This document shows positions 42,799-55,702 of a stretch of DNA of 64,000 nt, one piece after another. Source of the DNA: Phaeosaccion multiseriatum (lineage: Eukaryota; Protista; Ochrophyta, other classes); assembly GCA_965112735.1 (NCBI GenBank), contig OZ218961.1, positions 3,100,001 through 3,164,000 on the forward strand, written 5' to 3'. The notes under the pieces are model-generated. The model was not told the DNA's origin. It searched no databases and was given only the letters and a program-made list of their open reading frames with translations. Position numbers and translations under genes: made by a program. The number at the start of each line of letters is the position of its first letter. The first letter of the stretch is position 1.

Positions 42799-45002
42799 AT
42801 GGAGGTCCCCGGCCGAGGTGGTACCCTCTTCTGGGCGGCAGCCCTTGGCATGTGCGCTCTGCTGCACGCCCCGCTGCGGGCAGACGCCCTGTGGGCCAGC
42901 AACACGCTGCAGACGGCCACATGCGAAGAAGGCGCTGCAGGCATCAATGGCCTGAACCTGTGCCAGCCTCTGCTTGATGCGGACGCAGACGCGATAGCGG
43001 AGGACTACGTCCCGGGCTCCAAGAGGATCACTGTCCTCGGGGCCAGCGTGGGTGCGTACCGTCGTTGTTTGCCAAAGACATGCCCCCCTTGGCATTTTCG
43101 TGCTCCTCCTCTTTCCCTCCCTTCCTCGGCCATCTCACTTGCCGCCCCTCCGGTGCTGCTCTGCCCCGCTGCCCTGCGCCCTCCACCCCTCCGCTACCAG
43201 GCTGTCTGGACACCGACGTGCTGAAGGAAGACCACGAGCACGAGTGGAGCATCCAAATCAGTGGCACAGAGACTGTAACGGCTTCCAAAATCAGCCTGCA
43301 CATGGGAACAGAGGGTAGAATGGTGAGTACGGAGTGAGTGAATAAGTGAGCAGGGAAGGAGCCCTGTCACTCTCTTGTATCAGGAGGACAACGTCTGTGG
43401 AGCCAGTACCTCATATCCGTCCACTCGTGTGCCTCTCCGTTGCTCTTCTCGTCCCTCTCCCCCTCCTTCTCTTTCCCTCTCCCTCTCCCTCTCCCTCTCC
43501 CTCTCCCTCTCCCTCTCCCTCTTCCCTCTCCGTCTCCGTCTCCGTCTCACTCTCCGTCTCCGTCTCCCTTTTCATCTCCCTCTCCCTCTCTCCCTCCCTA
43601 TCTCTCTCTCCCTCTCCCTCTCCCTCGCCCCGTAGACATGGTCGGGGAGCATCATTGATGAGCCTGGGGGCAGGGTGTCGGTAACGTGGTCTCCCGACGA
43701 CAACCTCGACAACTTCTACATACAGGTGACTCGCGGCGTGGAGCAGCAGGCGCAGCAGGGCATGTCCAAGGTGGTACAGTTCGAATCCAAACTCACCGGC
43801 GCCTTCGGGGACGATGGATGCGTAAGTCAATTGATGGGAGGGAGATCACAGTCGCGTGTCAGACAACAAGGCTCTGATTCCTGTCCCGCTTTCTGTAACG
43901 CCATCAGACGGAGTTTGTCCTGGTGCACGCCATCAAGGAGCTTCCCGAGGAGGAGGAGGGCATTACTGACGTGCTGGAGGAGGACGAGGAGGCCCACCGC
44001 CGCCTGTTGCGCTCGCCAGAGGACCAACTCGCGCACGAGGAGCTGCAGGCGGACATCGCGGAGCTGCAAGCGTGGCTTTCGGCAGAGCCCGGCAGCGACA
44101 TTCATGAGGACTTCCATGCCCGGGGGGGACGGCGACTGATGATCGGCAAGGGGGGCGAGGGGGGAGAGCAAGTGCCCTCTGGCAAGGTGGTGATGCCCTC
44201 GGGCAGGCGCCTCGACGACGGCTCCGTGCTCGACGTCATGATCGTTTGGACGACCAAGGCGCAATCACAGTGAGTAGTGCTGCTCCTTGGTATGCTTGGG
44301 TCTCTCTCTGACGACCCATATGTGACTACCTCTGCCTGTCAAGGATTGGACCTGACCTCATGCTATTCGTTCTCTGGTCCCTTGCGGAAGTCGCTGCTCT
44401 TCTCGCCCGACAAACGCCAACCACCGACCGAACTAACCCCCGATCCCGATCCCGATCCCCACCCACGCCACCCCACCCCACCCCACCCCACCCCACCCTG
44501 CATCGAAACAGCTCTTCCCAAGGTGGCACCGACGCGCAATTTCGAGCTCGAATGGATGCCGGAGTGGCGGAGTTCAACGACGCCCTCTCCGCCAGCGACG
44601 TGTCCATGCGAGTTCGCCTCGTGCACGCACAGCACATCGACTATACAGAGGGCTCCTCCCTTACCGACGGGTTGTACGAGCTGCGCACGGGGGGCAACTA
44701 TGGCACGGGGGGGTGCGGCCAGGTGCAAGCCCTCATCGACAGTTACAAGCCTGACCTTGTGCAGCTCGTCATGGATGGGTCCGGGGCGGGGGTGGGGTGG
44801 GTGATGACCCCACGCACCAACACCGCCTGGGGCAACCACTACAACGTCGTTGACATTGTAAGTCGAGGCAGATAGACAGATAGACGAATCTGCTTGCTGC
44901 TTTGTTTTTTGCCACTCCTGCTGCTCCTGCTGCGTGTGTGTGTGTGTGTGTATGTGTGTGTGTGTGTATGTGTGTGTGTGTGTATGTGTGTGCGTGTGTG
45001 TA

Positions 45003-45034
<32 letters not shown>

Positions 45035-45966
45035 GTCCTCTGTCGCCTTGGCCTCTCCTCCGCCTTCTCTATTCTGCTTCCCTTGACTCTCTGATGAAAG
45101 TGCCTTTCATTGGGCTTCCCTCAGCGACGGATCGGAAAAGATGTTAGCCCACACATCGCCGACTCCCTCCGCCCCTTCCTTGGCCGCTGCCTTGCCCCCT
45201 CCCCGACGCACGCACCCACGCACGCACCCACACACGCACGCACCCACAGGACGCCATGAGTCAGTACTCACACGTACACGAGTTCGGTCACAACATCGGA
45301 TGTGAGTGCCAGTGCTGAGGCCGAGGGGGGGGGGCTGCGGCGGTTTTCAACTTTACCGATACATACCACTGACTGTCACGACTGATTGGTTAAGAGGGCA
45401 AGAGCAGCGTCGGTGAGGAGGAGGGGGAGCAGGAGGAGGAGGAGAAGGAGGAGAAGGAGGGTAGACGGACAAAGTGACACTTGACACAGTGATACAGTAG
45501 TTTCGCCAGGCTGTGAGGCCATCCCAGCCAATCGAATCACCACCATGACCACCGTGAGGCCCGGCCTTCTTCCGCCCGTGAAGAAAGTGAAGCAAGCAAA
45601 AAGAGGCCCTTCGGCCAGCGCCAGCCCTGCTCGCTCGTTCCTTCGCTCTCCCTCTCTCCCTCCCTCCGTCCCTCCCTCGTCGGCCTGACCAAGTCCTCCG
45701 GTCCTCACAATACGCCACCCCCCCCCCCATGCGGACCCTCTACTCCCGTCCTCACAGGCACGCACGATGACGCCAACGCCTCCAACGGGTGGGAAGGCTA
45801 CGGTTACGGCTACCGTTACTGCGACGTCAGCTGCACGTCGGGCCAGAGCAGCGCAGAGTGCGGCGCCAACGTGCCCTACCGCACCATCATGGCCTACCCC
45901 TGCACCGGTAGCAGGCATCCGGTACGTGTGTATGTATGTATGTATGTATGTATGTATGCATGTGTG

Positions 45967-46002
<36 letters not shown>

Positions 46003-48145
46003 TGTATGTATGTATGTATGTATGTATGTATGTGTGTATGCATGTTTGTATGTATGTGTGTATGTATGTATGTATGTATGTATGTGTGTATGCATGTATG
46101 TATGTATGTATGTATGTATGTGTGTATGCATGTATGTATGTATGTATGTATGTAAGTATATGTGTATGTATGTATGTATATATGTATGTACGCATGTACG
46201 TATGTATGTATGTATGTATGTATGTATGTATGTATGTGTATGTATGTACGTATGTATGTATGTGTATGTATTGGGGTAGCCCAACCCACTCCAAGAAATA
46301 GATATCGGAAGTGCCCCTTTCTACTAAGTGTTACGTGCTACTGACTTACCAGATCACACTCTTACTCATCCACTCACTTGCGTTCACTCACTCACTCACG
46401 TACTCACACATTTACGTATTCACTCACTCACTACTTACTCACGCACTCACTCACTCACTCACTTACTCACTCACTCACTCACTCACTCACTCACTCACTT
46501 ACTCACCTACACACTCACTCACTCACTCACTCACTCCCTTATCCACTCATACATTCCCTCACTCGCTCATGCACCCATTCACTCACTCACTCACTTCTTC
46601 ACCCACTCACTCACTCACGCACCCAACTCACTCATTCCCTCACTCCCTCACTCCCTCACTCACTCCCTTACCCACCCACTCACTCACTCACCCACTTCCT
46701 CCTTCCCTCCCTCCTTCCCTCCCTCCCTTCCTTCCTTCCTTCCTTCCTCCCTCCCTCCCTCCCTCCACATACACCCATACACCTCCACATATACCCACAC
46801 ACCGACTAAACAGGTCTTCTCTAACCCGGACCTCTCCCACCTGGGTAGGCCGCAGGGCACGGCCACCAACAACAACGCCCGTGTGATCCGCGCCTCCGCC
46901 GCCGTGAGCACAAACCTCGAGCAGTCCATCGTCGGTACCTCCCCGGCGCCGAGCCCTACCCCTCCGCCAACACCACCCCCGACGAGGCCTCCTACGGCTC
47001 AACCCACTCGCCCACCAACAGCTGCACCCACTCGCCCACCTACCTCTCCTCCCACACGCCCACCAACAGCTGCACCCACTCGCCCACCTACCTCTCCTCC
47101 CACACGCCCACCAACAGCTGCACCCACTCGCCCACCAACAGCTGCACCCACTCGCCCACCTACCTCTCCTCCCACACGCCCACCAACAGCTGCACCCACT
47201 CGCCCACCAACAGCTGCACCCACTCGCCCACCAACAGCTGCACCCACTCGCCCACCAACAGCTGCACCCACTCGCCGCCCTACCTCGCCACCCACTCGGC
47301 CTCCTACCTCCCCACCCCTGGCCATCGTCACCGCCACCCCGACCCGCCCTCCCTCCGCCCGCCCCACCTCTCCCCCCACCACCGCCCGCAGCCCCTCGCC
47401 CTCCCCCTCCCCCTCCTCTCCATCCCGACCCGCCACCCCTCGCCCAACAAGTCCGCCCACCTCCTCTCCCTCTAGCCCCGAGTCAGGCGTCGGAAACGCG
47501 GTGGTGAGCAGGGGGGGGGGAGGGGGTTGTAGTATGGCGTGGGAGCAGTGCGGGGGCAGCGGCTTCGAAGGCCCTTCTTGCTGTCAAGAGGGTATGCAGT
47601 GCAAGTATTACAGCCGTTGGTACAGCCGCTGCCACCCCGTCACCACCACCACCTCCTCCTCCTCGACCACGGAATGCAGTCCCACGCAGGGGCAGTGTGG
47701 GGGGCGTGGGTGGGAGGGAGCCACGTGCTGCGCGGAGACGGGTGACACGTGTGCTGAGCTCAGCCGCGGTTACTCCGAGTGCCGCTCAGAGGGACAGATG
47801 GAGCAGATGGCCGCCCTCCGGCAGGAGGTAGAGGCCGGGGAGGGGGGCCGCAGGGACAGGAAGAGAGTCAAGGGACGGTGGGCGGAGATGCGTAGAGGAG
47901 GCGACGAGGAAGGGGAGGAGGAGGAGGAGGAGGAGGAGGAGGAGGAGGAGGAGGAGGAGGAGGAGGAGGAGGAGTGCGGGGTGGAGTTTGCGCAGTGTGG
48001 GGGGAGGCGCTTCCAAGGGGCCAAGTGTTGCGCGGAGGGGCTGCACTGTGCCAAGCACAGCCACACGTTCAGCGAGTGCCTCTCCCACACAGCCGCAGAC
48101 GAAGAGGACGAGGAGGACGAGGCGGACGAGGAGAGAAGGAGCTGA
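42799..48145 (+). CDS. Secreted metzincin (reprolysin-like) Zn metallopeptidase with P/T linker and three CBM1 domains
   Basis: Exons 42799-43051, 43201-43322, 43636-43821, 43908-44269, 44512-44857, 45250-45301, 45758-45921, 46814-48145. Signal-like N-terminus. HEFGHNIGCTHD is assembled across a splice junction; Met-turn YRTIMAYPC; FSNP; three QCGG..G..CC...C......YS/FS.C modules. Confidence 0.9.
45930..46270 (+). repeat. (GTAT)n microsatellite at the 5' end of an intron whose 3' part carries (CACT)n and (CCCT)n tracts
   Basis: Direct reading of intron 45922-46813. Confidence 0.95.
47001..47310 (+). repeat. 24-bp coding tandem repeat (PTRPPTAA / PTRPPTSP)
   Basis: Direct reading; mucin-like linker of the protease. 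Confidence 0.9.
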
Positions 48146-48760
48146 ACACCGTCCGTTGAGACGATCTGCTGAGCTGGCCCACACTGAGCCGAGGTGGAGC
48201 GGGGGGGGGGTGCACTTACTTGCTGTCCGCCCCTTCCCCTCTGGGGGCAAGAGGATCAGTACGACAGCACCTTTTTGCGTGGAAGGTTTGGTTTGGTCAC
48301 CATTTGTGAATGTTCTCGTTCGTACTCGTATGCCTCTTACCACAACAAAGTGTGCGTTTGTTGCACACAGTCTAACCATATACGTAGCCACTGTCGTCCG
48401 AATCAGTCGGTTCCCAAGCAGCTTCTTCGTCCCCTTGTTCCCCTTCACCCGGCCCTTGTTCCCCTTCCCTCGCGCTCTTGCTCTGTGAGCCTCGCGCACA
48501 CACTAATCTGCTCTGCGCGGGGCCCGAGCCGGGGTCGTAGGGAAGAGGGGAAAGCCCAAACAAGGTAGCCCAACCCAAACCAGTTCAAATTAATACAACA
48601 AAAAAAAGACCCTCCTCCCTTGGTCTTCAGATGGAGGAAGCACAGAAGCTTCGATATCAAACATCGATATATCGACTCCACTTTCGGTGTTCGATACTGA
48701 TAGCGTCACATACTCTGAAAACTCAAAACTGGCCTCTGCCCCCTTCCCCCCCCCCCCCCG

Positions 48761-50671
48761 TCACTCGGCTTGCTCTTCCGCTACGTTGCCCCCCTCGTCC
48801 TGCTTCTCCCCCTTGGCTCCGAGGGAGGGAAGCACCAGCAGCGAAAGCTCCCTCTCGGCCAAGTCTCCCTCCCCCGCCGCCTCACACACCCTCGTGGCCA
48901 GTTCCACGCACTTGGCCAGACGGAGACTTCCCGGTCGTTGCTCGTCGAGCTCCACCGCCTTCCTGAGCAGCGCAAAGAGCCGCACGTGCTGCAGCTGTGC
49001 CTCCTCAGCCTCCTCCCCCTCCCATTTGGCGCAGCAGTCGATGGCCCCCTCAAAGCAAGCGGTGGTGGGTCGCAGTCCCAAGTCCAGCATCTCCTCCACG
49101 ACCCTTAGCGCCTCCCTGCCACCCAACTCCTTGGCCGCCCGCATGACGGCTGCAAAGTGCCGGGTGTCAGGTCTTACCTTGGGCATCTCCCCCCTCTTCT
49201 TGTCCTCCTCCCCCTCCGCCAACAAGCCAGCCCACAGCTCCAGCGTCTCCCTGTACTCCTCCATGACATTGTGGGCCCTGAGTCCGGCGAGCCACGCAAG
49301 TTTCCCTCTCTTGAACCCCTCCCTCTCCATGTCCTTGAGCAAGCGCAGCACGGCCCCGTGCTGTCCGCAGTTGGACGCTGCATTCACCGCCAACTCGTAG
49401 TGAAACTCGTCCACGCACCCGGCGGGCTCCTCCAGCAATATGTCAGTGAACACGTCCAGTGCCATCTTGTTCCTCTGCCGCCCAATCAGCGAGCCGAGGA
49501 TGATGGTGTAGTGGCGCGCGGCTCTGGGCACGCCCCTGTCGATCATCTCATGCAGCAGGTCCAGCACCTGGTCCGGGTCCTTGCCTGCGAGCTTGAGTGC
49601 ATTCATGCAGGTGCAGTAGTTCCTCCCGTCCGGACTGAGCCCCTGCGCCTTCATATCATCGAGCAGCGCCAAGGCCGAGTCGTGGCTGCCCGCTCGACAC
49701 AGTGCGCTTTGCAGGATGCTGTACTCCACCACAGTTGGCGCCTCCCCTTGAGACACCAACTCGTCCATGAGCTCCCGCGCCAATTCTGCCTCGCCCAGCT
49801 TGCCGCAGGCCACCATTATGACTTTGCATATCTTGGGGCTGGGCTTGATGCCCGCCTCCTTCATCTCTGCGTATAGCGCCAGGCACCCCTTGAAGCGCTT
49901 GGTCGCGCCCAGCGCGTCAATGGCCTCGTTGTAGTGGAACGCGTTGAGGGCCACACCTCTTCGCTTGGCCTCCCCCAGGATGACGGCCACCCTTCTCCAG
50001 TCTCCCGACCGGTTGCACTGCTGGATCTCCCGCATCACGGCTCGCTGCTCCCTGCCCCGGATAAACGCCTCTCGGATCTCCCTCTCATCTTTTGTTCCCT
50101 CTTTCGTTTCCCCCCTACCGCCGCGTGCAGCCCCTCCTTGTGCTGATGCCGACGATCTGGCCCGGACCTTCTGGAGGGCACTCTGCAGGGCGGCCTTGTC
50201 TGGGTCCTCGCTACTACCCTCCTGCTTTCTCTCGGTCCCCGCTGCCGCTTCCTTGGCGTGGGGGGCCACAGCGGTAGAGCCACCACCATCACCGGCACCA
50301 CCACCTCCTTGCTCCGTAGCTGAGTAGCAGCGCGTGGTGCTTTCCCTGGCGAGGAGGAGGAGGCCGCTCACCCAGCCCGGCTGCGGCGCTCTCTGGCGAC
50401 GTATCGGGGCCGAGGTCGAGCTGCTGGATAGACACCCCTGCCCCGACATACTGCGTGCCATCCCCTTGGGGTCCTTGGGAGCAGACAACTTGCCTTTGGA
50501 GGCAAAGCTACCAATTCGGCCCCTCCCCCCCGCCACCCTGCTGTCGCTGCTACTTGTGACGAACGCGAGCGAGCAATGATGAGCCTCATGAGGCATGGCC
50601 ATCGCTCTTGACGAAGGGTCCCGCATCGCGCAGCAGAGAAGAGAGGGGGCTTTCACAACGACAAAGCGCAC
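48761..50671 (-). CDS. P-class PPR protein, intronless
   Basis: Repeats such as AFHYNEAIDALGATKRFKGCLALYAEMKEAGIKPS and VVEYSILQSALCRAGSHDSALALLDDMKAQGLSPD. Start codon uncertain. Confidence 0.88.
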   Translation of the reverse strand: MRFVVVKAPSLLCCAMRDPSSRAMAMPHEAHHCSLAFVTSSSDSRVAGGRGRIGSFASKGKLSAPKDPKGMARSMSGQGCLSSSSTSAPIRRQRAPQPGWVSGLLLLARESTTRCYSATEQGGGGAGDGGGSTAVAPHAKEAAAGTERKQEGSSEDPDKAALQSALQKVRARSSASAQGGAARGGRGETKEGTKDEREIREAFIRGREQRAVMREIQQCNRSGDWRRVAVILGEAKRRGVALNAFHYNEAIDALGATKRFKGCLALYAEMKEAGIKPSPKICKVIMVACGKLGEAELARELMDELVSQGEAPTVVEYSILQSALCRAGSHDSALALLDDMKAQGLSPDGRNYCTCMNALKLAGKDPDQVLDLLHEMIDRGVPRAARHYTIILGSLIGRQRNKMALDVFTDILLEEPAGCVDEFHYELAVNAASNCGQHGAVLRLLKDMEREGFKRGKLAWLAGLRAHNVMEEYRETLELWAGLLAEGEEDKKRGEMPKVRPDTRHFAAVMRAAKELGGREALRVVEEMLDLGLRPTTACFEGAIDCCAKWEGEEAEEAQLQHVRLFALLRKAVELDEQRPGSLRLAKCVELATRVCEAAGEGDLAERELSLLVLPSLGAKGEKQDEGGNVAEEQAE

Positions 50672-51114
50672 ATGATCGAGATCGAGAAAAAGGCGGGGTA
50701 GGTTTCCAGGCCGGGAGTGTTTCCCAGCTGGAAACGCTGACGTGCTGTGAGGGACTTTAGCATTCCAGCTAAGAGGTCAAAAAACACTCCTGCCAGAGGA
50801 AGAAGGAAGAGGGGGAAGTACAAGAGAAGGGGAGAAGAGTAGAAGCGGCTCATCTCGCTGAGAAGAGGAGGGGAGGCCCGACAGGCGGCCGAACAGAGCA
50901 GCGAGGTAAGGTGGAAGAATTGGAAAGTTGGGGTGAAAGGTCAGCACAATAGCGTTTCGCCCTGAAAGAGCGGCCTGCCTGTGAATAACCTCTGCTCGTG
51001 GTGTGTGTGCGTGTGTGTGTGTGTGTGTGTGTTCCACCGTGCCTTGTTGCCCGTCCGTGTCCTTCCGTGCTGATTCAACCTGCTCCCGCCCTCACCCTCG
51101 CCCCATTGCCAGCC

Positions 51115-53460
51115 ATGTCGCCATACGCCACGACGGCCTTTGTGGCAGGACAGGCATGGAGCCCCTCTCTTCTGCAGGCCCAGAGCAGCAGCAGCGTCTG
51201 CATGAAGAATGCGTGGAGCCTAGGTAGTGGCACTGTGCGTGCGAGCACCCGTAGTAGAGGGAGGGGGTGCAGCACCAGCAGCAGTAGAAGTAGAAGTGGT
51301 AACTGCAGCGTCCTCATGGCGCAGGGGGGCTCGGCGTCGACCCGCCGAGGTCGCGGGCTGAGGCCGCAGGCGGGGTGGCTGGATACTGCGACGTGGGCAC
51401 TGTCAGGGGGTGACGCTGGTGGAAATAGTGCCTGTAGCATCGGCAGTAGGAGCAGGAGCAGCAGCAGCGGCAGGTTCAGAGCAGGAGCAGGCCTTCGGGC
51501 CACGATGGAGCTCGGGTTAGGGGGGGGGGTTGGGATGGCTGTGCTAGAGAAGGAGCCCGTACGGGCAGAGCCCGCCCCGGCTCCGGCTCCGGCTCCTGCG
51601 GCGGTGGCGAGCATGGCGAGCGTGGCGACCCCACAGCAGGACAAGGACGAGGGGGTCGCAGCAAAGGGGGGCAAGGCCAAGGCCACGGCGGAGGGGGGCA
51701 GAAGAGCCAAGAAGAGGAACAAGAAGAAGAGGCGAGAGGCGGCGAAGGAGAGCCTGCTGGGTGCTGCCCGACTCCTCGAGGCCAACATCGAGGAGGGGCG
51801 ACCTCTCGAGCTGTCCGCCTACCATGCAGGCATGCAGGCCTGGGCGCAGGCGGGCGACTTGGGCAAGGCCGTGCAATTGCTGCGGGACATGCCCGTGCTC
51901 GGCCTCAAGCCCTCGGTGGAGAGTTACAACCTTTTGCTTGGAGCCAACGGCAAGGACGCCACTTACCCCAGGCTGCAGGGCTTGCTCCGCGAGATGATCG
52001 GCGAGGGCATTCTACCCGATGTCAACACCTACCACGCCATGATGTACGCGGGCGGTAAGGGTGGCGAGTACGAGCGGAGCCTGGAGTGGATGAGGGTGAT
52101 GAAGAAGCAGGGCCTTACGCCGAGCCAAGATACCTACAAGATGGCCATCCTTGCTTGTGGCAAGGCCTGGCAGTGGAAGAGAGCGCAGGAGCTTCTCGTG
52201 CAAATGCGGGAGGAGGACGGACTCGAACCCACGGTGGGCACGTACAACGCCGCAATGGACGCGTGCCGCAAGGCGGGCGAGACTAGCGAGGCCATCCGAA
52301 TGCTAAAAGACATGAAGGGGGTGGGGCTCCAAGCCGACGTGGTGAGTTACAACACCGCTATCAACGCCGTGCGCAAGGCGGGTGGCTTCGAGACGGCGCT
52401 GGAGCTGCTGAATGATATGCGCGAGGAAGGAATCGAACCCGACATCATCACGTACAACACCGTCATGGACGCGTGCGGACGCTGCGACGAATACGACACT
52501 GCGCTGGACCTGCTTGACGACATGAAGGAGAAAAGGAGCCCCGCTCCGGACCTCATCTCCTACACCACGGGCATGGAGGCCTGCGACAAGGCGGGGGACT
52601 GGGAGGAGGCGGGAGAGCTCCTGGAGGAAGTGCTCGCCTTTGGGCCCAAGGACGGCGAAACGGCTGTAACGGCGCTGGGTAAGAGGAGGAGGCGCTTCTA
52701 CGACGCGGCGTTCAAGACGTGCCGCTTCACGGGCAAGTGGGAAACGGCGCTGGAGCTGCTGAGGGAGGTGGAGGAGGAGGAGGATTTCTCCCCGAGCGTC
52801 GCCAACTTCCGCTGGGTCATGGCTGCATGCGGCCGAGCAGGGCAGTACGAACACGCTCTCTCGATGCTTTATCGGATAAAGAGGGCCGGACTCTACCGAT
52901 CGGCCACCACCTTCAACGTGGCTCTGGAGGCATGTGAGAGGGCGGGCAAGTACGGTGAGGCGTTGAAGGTGCTGCGGGAGATGAGGAAGGCGCGCTGCCT
53001 GCCCGACTCCACCACCTACCACATTGCCATGCGAGTGTGCGGCAAGGTGGGCGGAGAGTACTCGGGGGCCATGACACTCCTCGGGGAGATGAAGGAGTCG
53101 TACCTGTCCGTCAAGAAGAAGTGGGAGATGGAGCAGGAAGGGGGGCTGGACCAGGAGCAGGAGCAGGGCCCGATGCAAGGTGCTGACTATGACCTCGGGG
53201 CTATGGCCGTACAGAGGGTCCGCGAGCCGCAGCAGATCGAGATGGGCCAGGACATGCAGGAGCTGTTGGCGGAGCAGCTGCAGCCGGAATTGCAGCTGAC
53301 CAAGAAGGAAAAGAAGGAGCTCCAGCAGAAGGAGAGGGAGGAGGAGAAGATGATGAGGAAGAAGGAGGAGAAGGAGAAGAAGGAGGAGGAGGAGAAGGAG
53401 AAGGAGAAGAAGGAGGAGGAGGAGGTGCGCGAGGAGGGCGTGCTGTACTTCGGATATTAA
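51115..53460 (+). CDS. P-class PPR protein with K/E-rich tail
   Basis: Repeats such as VVSYNTAINAVRKAGGFETALELLNDMREEGIEPD. First ATG at 51115; S/R-rich transit-like N-terminus; an upstream exon is possible. Confidence 0.9.
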   Translation: MSPYATTAFVAGQAWSPSLLQAQSSSSVCMKNAWSLGSGTVRASTRSRGRGCSTSSSRSRSGNCSVLMAQGGSASTRRGRGLRPQAGWLDTATWALSGGDAGGNSACSIGSRSRSSSSGRFRAGAGLRATMELGLGGGVGMAVLEKEPVRAEPAPAPAPAPAAVASMASVATPQQDKDEGVAAKGGKAKATAEGGRRAKKRNKKKRREAAKESLLGAARLLEANIEEGRPLELSAYHAGMQAWAQAGDLGKAVQLLRDMPVLGLKPSVESYNLLLGANGKDATYPRLQGLLREMIGEGILPDVNTYHAMMYAGGKGGEYERSLEWMRVMKKQGLTPSQDTYKMAILACGKAWQWKRAQELLVQMREEDGLEPTVGTYNAAMDACRKAGETSEAIRMLKDMKGVGLQADVVSYNTAINAVRKAGGFETALELLNDMREEGIEPDIITYNTVMDACGRCDEYDTALDLLDDMKEKRSPAPDLISYTTGMEACDKAGDWEEAGELLEEVLAFGPKDGETAVTALGKRRRRFYDAAFKTCRFTGKWETALELLREVEEEEDFSPSVANFRWVMAACGRAGQYEHALSMLYRIKRAGLYRSATTFNVALEACERAGKYGEALKVLREMRKARCLPDSTTYHIAMRVCGKVGGEYSGAMTLLGEMKESYLSVKKKWEMEQEGGLDQEQEQGPMQGADYDLGAMAVQRVREPQQIEMGQDMQELLAEQLQPELQLTKKEKKELQQKEREEEKMMRKKEEKEKKEEEEKEKEKKEEEEVREEGVLYFGY

Positions 53461-54303
53461 AGGAGGCGGACGGCAGTGGATGGCAGTGGATGGCTTGGAT
53501 TTTATACATACACTATATAGATACAAGATGCGCTATACATAGGGGGTAGGGCGGTGGGAGGCGTCGAGGGATGCGTTTGTGAGGGGCTGTCATGCGAGCG
53601 CGAGGCAAACGAAAGTGAGGGAAAGTGAGGCGGCGCGGGTGCGGCGGCGGCGAGGACGCAACGATTGAAGTGAGGGTCGTACGATACTTTCGGCGGTCTT
53701 TCGGCAGTCTTACTTTTTGACTTTTGGGGTATTGGGCAGTGGTTCAGTGGGCTTTTTTGGGGAGGAGAACTTCATGGACTTGGAGGAATCACCTAACGGG
53801 GAGACAATCCAGTAGTGCTCAGCGGTGCTGCGGGCACGCAGCAGGGTGGGACCGAGAGGGCGACGAGGCACAACAGGAGAGGGAGCTTTTTGGATGGACC
53901 TGCTCTCGCCTTCCAAGGGGGGTATGCACTCGCTGTTGTTAAAGGGGCTACTCTGGCTTTTTGAAGGGTCTGTTCGTCTATTCTCTCTCTCCCCTCGAGA
54001 TGTACATCTTCTATTCTACCAAATATAACGCCTTTCCCCCCTTTAAAATAACGAAATATACAAATATACCACTCTACTCTAGAGCGTTGCAGAATGAACT
54101 CTTCTTAGCATGAACCGCAGAAACTTGTCCATCACACGGGCTCTGCTCCCATGCCCGCTCACAGCACACACGCTCCAGAAGCGAGACAGAGAAGAGAAGG
54201 CAAGGAAGCACCCAGCTTCCACACCAGCTTCTCGCCCCCTCCTGCCCAGCCCGCATGCCCGCATGCCGCAGTCAGCCTGTCAGTCTGTCAGTCTGTCGGT
54301 CGT

Positions 54304-55667
54304 TCAGTCGTACATGCCCCCCCCCCCCTCGTCGTCGTCGTCGTCCTCTAGGGCCGCCAGCAGGTCATCATCATCATCACCATCAGAGCCTCCCCCCTCG
54401 TCCCCCATGCCATGCTCTGCGTAGTCGACCTCCCCACCCTCCCCCCCTTCGTCGTCTTCAGAGCCCTCCTCCATACCATCGACGGCAAACTCCTCGTCGT
54501 CCACCTCCTCCTCCTCCTCCTCCTCCTCCTCCTCCTCCTCTCCGCCACCGGCACCCCCCTCACTGCGGTCAGACCGTTTCCTCCTCGCCCGGCCGCTACC
54601 GCTACCACTAGCTCCACCGCCGCTAAGCTTCCGCTTTCGACTGTTGAGCACGTTGAGCGCCTTGCTCACGCTCTCCCTCACGCCCTCGTCGTTTTCGTCA
54701 TCTACGTCAAGGTCTATATCAGAGTCGTCGTCCTCCTCTCCCTCTTCCTCCTCCTCCCCCGCCTCCCCCGCCCCTCCCTCTCTCCGCCGTTCGCTCGCGC
54801 CGGGCTCCTTCTGTCCCCCCTTCTCCTCCTCCACCCCTCCGTCCCCCTCTCCTCCCGCACTCCTGTGCTCCATAGCCGACAAGCCGTCCGCCAACCGAAA
54901 GCGCCTCTCGTCCTCCCTCCGACAGTGCCACACACAGTACATGAGCCAATCCACATGCACCACCCACACTCCTGGCGTGCGCAACCCCTGGTGGCACTTG
55001 GCCGTGCCGAGCTTGGCTGCTACAACGTGAGTGGTGCGTGGGCTGCTCTCGTGCGATACTTCAGCCCCGAACTGCTCGGCGTACCGCCACAGCGGGTGGT
55101 CCTCCGGTTTCTTGCCGTTGCTGCCATTTGCAGTACCCGCTCGAGGTATGCACCCGCTGAACACCAGCGACACGCCCTTCAGCACCCCTCGCTTCACTTG
55201 CTCCAAAAGCTCCCCCACGTCGAGGACCGCCGCCGCATTGTTTCTGTAACTGCCACTCCTTCCACTATTGCTCATACTATTGCTATTGTTCACACTGCCG
55301 CTGCTCTTGTTGGCCCTATCTACCTCCTCGAAGTAACGCCTATGCACCTCCTCCAGCACCGCGAGGCAACAGTCCAGCTGCGGGTCATTCTCGCAGCGCA
55401 CCGGCTCCTCCTTCCCCTCCTTCCCCTCCCCCTGGTGCCCGTCTTGCCGCCCCTCTTGCTTCCCCTCATGCCCCCCCTGCCCATACCCCGCAGTGGCGGT
55501 GGGGGTGCTGCCGTTGACTGCCTTCCCGTTTCCCTTTCCCTCTCCTGTTCCCTCGCCAGCCGGAGGTGCGGAAGGTCCTCCCCCTCCCCCTGCTGTATCA
55601 CCAACTGCTGCTGCTCCTTCTGCTGCTGCTCCTTCTGCTGATGCTACTGCTGCTGCTCCTCCTCCTG

Positions 55668-55702
<35 letters not shown>

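Noticed and set aside
53700-54060. T-rich intergenic segment checked for tRNA or snRNA
   Set aside because: No cloverleaf, A/B boxes or recognisable snRNA sequence.
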